Source: Marsupella aquatica (taxonomy: Eukaryota; Plantae; Marchantiophyta). From it: 64,000 nucleotides of DNA. Location of the stretch: the NCBI GenBank assembly GCA_973895155.1, contig OZ316897.1:6562470-6626469 (forward strand), given 5' to 3'. Both the position numbers and the translations under genes were made by a program. Below, one piece after another: positions 56,641 through 64,000 of this stretch. The notes under the pieces are model-generated. The model made no database searches. It worked only from the letters and a program-made list of their open reading frames with translations, and was not told where the DNA came from. Numbering within the stretch: position 1 is the first letter of the stretch; each line of letters starts with the position of its first letter.

Positions 56641-59600
56641 ACCTAAGTCAAGAAGGCTGTGAGGATTGAAAGAGGGGGATATGGTATCTTGGGGACAGTT
56701 AAGTGAAAGCTGCATATATAATTTCAATAATAGTAGGGAATATTCTATTAATTTCATTGATTTAAATATATATATCTTAGTCATCTAAAACTCAAAGCAG
56801 TTCTCATTGAGTGGGTCCACTTAATCCTAACCCAATCATGCCTGCAACTTTTAGACACAAATGCAAATTTTTGTTTACTTTTCAATTCAATGCCATTCAT
56901 ACTTAGCAAAAATGCAAAGATTTCATTGACTCATTTCACTTTCACCTTGCAAATAATTTCAACTCAAAACATCACATGTTCTACAAGTTTTCTTTTAGCA
57001 ATTTCACTACTCATGTCCATTCACAAATATTAATACATTCTCCTAATTTTTTCCCTTATATAAATGAAATTTTGGTTTGAGTTTACAACAAGTCTTGCCA
57101 GTCGGCCTGTCTCTAACTATATTATGGTCTTGCATCTCGGCTCAGCTCAGCTCAGCTCAGGTCTGGGTCCAGGGTCCATGTTCCACTTCAGTTTCATCCA
57201 CTAATCATCAATAGTTTCTCGAAGACATGCCTCGCAAAGTCTCATCCTCCTCTGAGCTTCAACCTTCTCTCTCAGAACTCACATCCCTGCAGACGTCATG
57301 AGACTGTAAAGGCATTCATGAAGGGCTCGCAGTTCCCTTTTTAATTCAATTAACCCTACTTAGCCTACTGATTCTTCATAAGGTCCAATCAATTAGAACT
57401 GCCCCCTCCATATTCCAAGCTCCATGTCTGATAGCACATCAACAATTCTCCTTCCCGTTCTCCTCCCAAACTCTCATGTTTTTTTCACAATATGCAACAA
57501 TCCACACAAAGCACGTAGTGTGCGCCTACACAAAACTGCCCCATATTCTAATTTCAAACTCCTCCAAGCTTGCCATGTGTTGCAACCAGGTAAATCACTC
57601 ATTACTCTCCACAACCCTTCTTATCTTTTAAATCTCCTTCTCGTTTGTCTTACTAGTTCTTATCTTCAATCCGACGTCCAATTTTAGTCCCAAAATCCAC
57701 TCCGAGCAAACCACCATGAGACTGAAGGATTCATTTTCTTCCATTCATCCCAACTAGCTACCCAACAACATTGCCCTCCATTCTATACAAAAGACTGACA
57801 GCACAAGTACACAGAAGCAGGTCAAACCTAGGGTGGAGAGCTCCAAAGATCTCAAGAGCAAAAGGTAGAAAACATACTCAAGGCAACGAGCTGCATAGGC
57901 CTCCTCCTTGAGCCGGGCTGCCTTGGCTGTAACATGGCCAGGGACAGTCATGGGTGGCAACCACAACATGGCTCCCACCACTAGGATTAGTAACTATCAC
58001 ATTGCCAACTGAGCACAAACTCCCTCCATAAAAAGGACTAGATCAGCTTGCCTCTTGTCGGAAACACCATCCCCCACAACATCCCGGGGAAGGGGAAGCA
58101 CACAGTATTCATTTGCTCCATAGCAACATGCATGGTACCTCAAGTCCCAGGCAATGGCCACCACCACATCCCCAATGTTGTGGTGGTTTTGAGTCCACTT
58201 GCTCCTGTGATCACACCTGAGAATATGAACACCTCTCGAGTGTAGAGACTCTACATAGATCCAAGATTTTGTACTCTTACTAGTTTTGATTCTGACTCTC
58301 CTTTCTTCACACTTGAACATAGACCTAAGTTTCTTTAGTATGCCAAGAGGCATGATGAGGACAAATCTCCAAAAGGTCCTTGCCCAATTTATGTGATGGA
58401 CTTTCTCTCACTTCCATAAAGTTCAGAACTATACAAAGAGAAATTTATTGCAGGATTCAAACATATAGCTAATAATGTGCTGTTTAGAGGGCATTGTGAG
58501 ATGTATCAGGTGTCATCCAAATCAGAAAATCAAAAAGAGAATAAATGACAGTGATCAAACGACCAGGAAGATTTGTCATCAAAGCAACACTTAGTAAAAA
58601 GACCATTGAGAGAAAGAGTTAGACTAGATAATTTTGAATACATGAGAGAAAAGGAGTGTAATTGTAAATTCCAGTGTTTAGATATGATAGTTGTGACACA
58701 CAAAGATTAGATAGTCAGAGCTGATATTGAATATTACCACTCTACTGCACCGTATAGTCACAGTTATATGTTCGTTTGTGATCCAGACCATATATTGATA
58801 GGCGTTAAATTAACATAGCGAAAACCAGGGGGTCATTAAGTAACACTTTTCGGTTCCATTCAGCGAATACCTAGCATAGTCACGAACTTTCTACAAATTT
58901 GTGCACAAGGAAGAGGCAAAGTGAGGCGGCACAATCACAGATATATGCCAATGAGTAACTTAGACTGTACTGTATGGCAACCCTGCCGACCACGTGCGGT
59001 AAATGAATGGTTCTGGGTTTCCCGCGGGTAATCTTGCATCGTCATCGCCAGGCAATTATTGCTGCTCTGGGTCTCGTCTTCAGTCCACGAGGTCGGAACT
59101 CAAAACAGCTTTACTGTAGTTTCGAGATCACAAAGAAAGAGGTCGGCACAAGAGATCATAGTGAAAGTCTCAAGTTTCTTGGAAATAGAGATAGAGATCT
59201 TGTACGGTGCGACAGAGTGACAATCAAGACGGTCTCTAATCATACTTTTTTGCTGCGCATTGCATGCTAGTTCCCTACTTGCCATCGTTCCTCACCACTC
59301 GGAAAGAATCGAGGGTACGTTTCAGTCATGCACAACTGGGGCCCCACCTTCTATTATGTGGAAGGGACTGCTATAGATTCAATCGAATTCGGATTTGTCA
59401 AGGGGACAATTATCTAATCCTCACATATCGAGATCCATTTCAAATGAAAAGTGAACCGGGAAGTGAACAAACCCACAAGTGTTCTTGACTGTCCGATCAC
59501 ATGAGAACTGATGTATTTACATAAACGTTAGGGATCAATCAGGTTGGTATGATAACCCTGCGTTCAATTTTTTTCAGCTGTATGCAGAACATGATGTCGT

Positions 59601-61652
59601 ACTAACGGGGGTACTATCAGCCTGTAAGTTGATATCTTGGGATGGGTTCCTTGTGTTGGATGGCTAGAGTTTCGTGGTGTCCCTCAGCCTCTCCAATACA
59701 CCACTTTAGGTGGTGAGAAACCCGAGGGCGCTGAGTTTGATCGTCGTTGCTTTTGACGGATAGTCACAGAAAATTGGAGTTCGGCCCAGAATTGCGCAAG
59801 GTACTCTATGACGTCCCTCGCATGTCGAGGAACACAGTGCTAAAGATTTTTTAAGCTACACCGGGTCGGCAAGTGGCATGCCATTCTACATGATGAGCAT
59901 CAATGGTGCATTGGGATTTCTACTAATTCTCTTCAAGACATTACCGTGAAAGCAAGAGGATATCATGCATCGATTTTGTTACAGTTTCTATAGAATTCTC
60001 GCTAGAAGTTTGACATTCGCAGTCTTACTTACATAATTATATAGTGTAAGACAGCAGAGCACTACAAATTACTCAAGACACGAAGTACTTGACATTAGCT
60101 CCTATTTCATCATTGAGAACTGAAGTGCCTGTTACTGGACATTAAGGGTAGTCAGAGGCCAATCAGCTTCTTGTGGGATCACCGGAACTGCGGGAAGACT
60201 TTGTTCCAATGTGTGTTGACTTGCTGTGACGGTTTTGCACTCCCGGGAAACTTCACAATTTGAATGAATTGGTAGCGGATCCAGAATGATCATTGCGCAT
60301 GATTGCCATGCCGTGGGGTCAAGGGATTTGCTTCGCGTTCACGCAAAGGCGGCGCAAAGGCTACCTAATTTGCCGCTGTAACTTTGTTCTCGGTGGAATC
60401 CTCATGAGCTGTAGCTAATCGTCGTCTTTCTCTGCAGGTTCAGATTGCTGCTGCTGTAACTTCACTGCCGCCTGTGCAGGACATTCCACATTCTCTGTGT
60501 GTAGGCTCGTGTTTTGCATCGTACTGCCAGCCGAACAAGCAACTGTATCACGCACGGTCGTTCACTTTGAACGTGCATCGAGCGTTTACCTGCTCTTGCT
60601 CTCAGCTACAGGAGTTTGCTGAATCTTGCCAGTGGCGGCTTCTGTTGCGAAATACACAGCAATCCAGTTTCAGAGGCGAGAGTTATTCGCCTTCATAAGA
60701 TAAGCTGGTCTTTCTCTGTAAGCTGTGTCGACTGACGTGACTGATCGTGCTTCCTGCAGCGACTTACAGGTGTTATTCTCGAAAAGATCTGTTGATTGTG
60801 AACGGGGAATACCACGATTGAACGGCCAAAGTAGAACCTATGTGTGCAAAATCACTATGACCGTTTTGGATGTGGGTCCTGAGGGACGTCGTCCGGGGTC
60901 CAGAGAGATATCCGTGAATACTTCCTCCGGTTCTGCAGCTGAGAGAACCGCGCAATATGCTCGATACGCTAAGAGTATGACCCGAGTGCCGGCCAGCCGA
61001 AGGTGCCACATGATCGATCGGATCCCACAAGTCAAGTTTAATCTGTCTCCTCGGGGGTTTCTCGAATCTGGTTCAATGTTCGACGAACGATCTTCCGGGT
61101 AGGTACATCTAATGCACATCTTGATCACCCTTGGAGTTCAGAAAGTACGCGCTGTATTTACCTATCTGGATTTAGCTGTCAGAGATTACAGCAGGACCTT
61201 TCTAAAATTACGTTGTGAGAGATCGGACTCGTGATACCAACAATCCTCAATACCCGTACCTGGCTGCCAGTCAGAATTATTTGTACTCATCAAGGATCGA
61301 AGTCATCGGAGACACATCAGAAATCTACAGCAGCAAATTGTCAGTACGATCGCCTGCAATTTCCGTTGGGTCTGTATGCAAATGGGATTCAAAATTCGTC
61401 TACGGGAATTTGGATTTACATATATGTCACCTTATTAATGGCTGTAGTAGGGAGGTTACTCGAATTGTAACTGCTTTGCTTAAATTGTAACAAATTCTTG
61501 TTGTGCTGTCATTGGTAGTCCGGTCTGCAGTCAGATGTCAGTGTCCGATGTTGTCGTCTGTTGCCCAATGTGACGCCAGTGTGAGCCAGATCTGTGAGTA
61601 TATGTCGTATCCCTCCGTGGCTTGGGTGCGTTTACGGACTGCTGAATTTGAA

Positions 61653-61683
61653 CATTAGGTCCACATTAGGTCCACATTAGGTC
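61653..61683. repeat. Minisatellite (ACATTAGGTCC) x ~3
   Basis: acattaggtccacattaggtccacattaggtc. Confidence 0.85.
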
Positions 61684-64000
61684 TCTATACACCAATCACG
61701 GTGAGGCGAAGCCTGGACTGGCTACTGGTGCACCATTTCATAATCTTATGGGAAAGATATGCTACCCTTATTCACCAAGTTCGCCTCCAAATTGTTACTG
61801 GGTATCATTAGTACTTAGCAGCTGTGTTCGCATCTAGGCTTCAGCAATATTGACTGGTCGTTGCACAGCACTCGTTCACAAGCTAAAGTGTCTGCAGCCC
61901 GGTATAGTTCAGGTTGCAATCTGCAGCCAGGTCGAGGGAATTTCTGGTCATCTGTTAAAACCAGCTGACCTCAGTGTGCTTCTTCAAACCGTAGTGACAA
62001 GATTCGAGAGGGAGATTCTTAGAGGACCTGCTGGATCTTGCACGCTGTTGCAGTCATTGATGGTCTCATGGTCATGATCTGCTGCGTTGGGGTGACTGAT
62101 ATGGATCCAGACGCTTTGGAATGACTCTAGTTCAATAGAATTCGCCTAATTAGCATGATGATACTGACAAGTCGTTGGAGTGATTTTTTTTATGACAGTA
62201 CGTAGTACTTAATATAGTTGACGAGCAATGGAATGCCATCGCAGCAGAAACATTGTGGTTGGCCTTTTCTGAAAGCAGCAGGAAGTTCATTGTTGAATAC
62301 AGTAGTTAAGGGCCGGCCATCAGGAAGAAGTTCGTTTACGTCTCCTCCCGCGAATCGTGGCACACGTAGAAAGCAGAGCCCGCCGCAGACGTACTGCATT
62401 GAGAGGAGGACACGAAGCACGTGAACGGTTATTACCTGTTTTAAAACACAGGTACTCGGGATCCCCTTTTTACCGTCAACTACTCCATTTGATTTTACAG
62501 ATCTTTTGTTTGTAATCGTTCATCTTCCTTCACTCCTACAGAAAAACCAGTTTCAGAAAATAATGCAAAGTGGATACTAATATACACTCAGGGTTCGACA
62601 TTATAAGCAGGATCTGACTTGTAGACCTGAATAACTAGAATGTATGCACGTAGTCCGGTTAGAGATGGGGCTGCAATCGCAGTACTTATTCTAAAAGCTT
62701 GATCAAGTGAGCAGTTAGTCGCCTGAACTCCTAAAACCACGGTCAGCAGCAGTACATAACGTAATTCATGACTATGGCAGCTCTCATATCTTGTAGATCT
62801 TCGCACAACTTCAAGTTGGCCCACATGCGGTTTCTACCGGTACTGTAAACTTGAACTCTGGATAAGTACTCTGACTCGTTTCCTTGATCAGTCATGAGAA
62901 TAGTCTTATTAAAATTCTGGTTCAAGTCGTTCATCAATAGTGTGCTCGCTGGATATCTGCAAATACCGCCAAGAAAGTAGTTTCAGAAAATTACTATTGT
63001 AGAATGTCCTCCTCGGATCGACAGTCTTTTCTCCTTACACGCGAGCCCGAACTTCAAGACAGTTTTATTCATTCATGTAATGTAATTTTCATGTACGCTG
63101 TAAATCAACTGCAAGTTGTATGTCCCGGAAAAATTGCAGGAAGGTGTAGATTAGAGAAATTTCATGCTTCAAGTGTAGTTTAGTAACGACAAGGGACTAC
63201 CCTTCTTACGAACGTATTGGGTCAGTTTCAATCGCAGGTACTCAGAACCATATGCTTTGCCGACCTTTCAGTAAGTTAATTTAAAGTCTCCAAGGTTCAT
63301 GAACAGTCACCTCAACGACCCCATGATTTGCTTCGCCTTGTGATCGAATATAATCGCAATATATATGAGCAGAGTCTTTTTGGGCTGCTACGCTTTATGG
63401 GTAGTCTCTGGTCCTCACGTTGGTTCCGGTACCTGTCACTGCGATAGGAGTTTGATTCTGGCTGGAGGACTTCGAAAGCCGTCGCTGATAGATAGATAGA
63501 TACACATAAATTAGGACCGAGGTCTGACTGACATGGCTAGAAGTAACAAGACAGCTAAAATGCTTGTTGTATTCAAGTCCTTGTGTAACCTGTTGTGTAC
63601 TTTGTGCGAGTTTACGGCGTTCCCACGAAATGTTGTGTTTCAATATTTACCAGGGTTTTTTCTCTGATTCTGCAGGTAGGATACACCATTATTTACTCAA
63701 TCCGCCCTGCGAACGGTCAACTGAGCTGCACACGTCGATCGAGTAGGACGCGACCATCCTAGACCAAGGTGCTTTGATTGTCTTTCCGAGGTAAATGTGT
63801 AAGCTTTGTTCAGAGCAATGGCTGAAGACATTTCCTCGAGAGTATTGGAGGAAGTATTAGAATTTGGTTTATTTGATTTCGCAAATTTAGAATAGGTCAG
63901 TCGTGTGAAATGGATAATTTATCTACATGAATCCTCTTTAAAATGTGAAGGCATTTATAGATGCTTCGTTCAGGAGATTTGCCTAAAAAATCAAAAGCTT

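Overview
Plant nuclear genomic DNA with short GT-AG introns and intergenic DNA full of decayed transposons; a bryophyte origin is an inference from style only. Two intact multi-exon genes on the + strand were reconstructed exon by exon: an LMBR1-domain (LMBRD2-like) membrane protein (14 exons, 4753-11185, probable GC-AG intron) and the peroxisomal AAA-ATPase PEX6 (16 exons, 17772-24947). Most of the rest is TE debris: Ty1/copia RNase H, integrase and RT remnants, LTR fragments, a non-autonomous MULE with a perfect 9-bp TSD, a CACTA derivative, small TIR elements (one flanked by TTAA), and a gypsy-type accessory ORF whose five in-frame stops are all TAG. The best leads are: (i) an unidentified spliced minus-strand gene (53592-54262) whose last acceptor region is amplified into a 4-unit array with a conserved ~30-nt core; (ii) a cluster of consecutive stem-loops at 38.4-38.7 kb whose non-Watson-Crick pairs are all G-U on the + strand; (iii) a 30-aa fragment spaced like the C-terminus of beta-class N4/N6 DNA methyltransferases, cut by an LTR-derived insertion. 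No rRNA, tRNA or true CRISPR array was found, and no novel system can be claimed with confidence from sequence alone.
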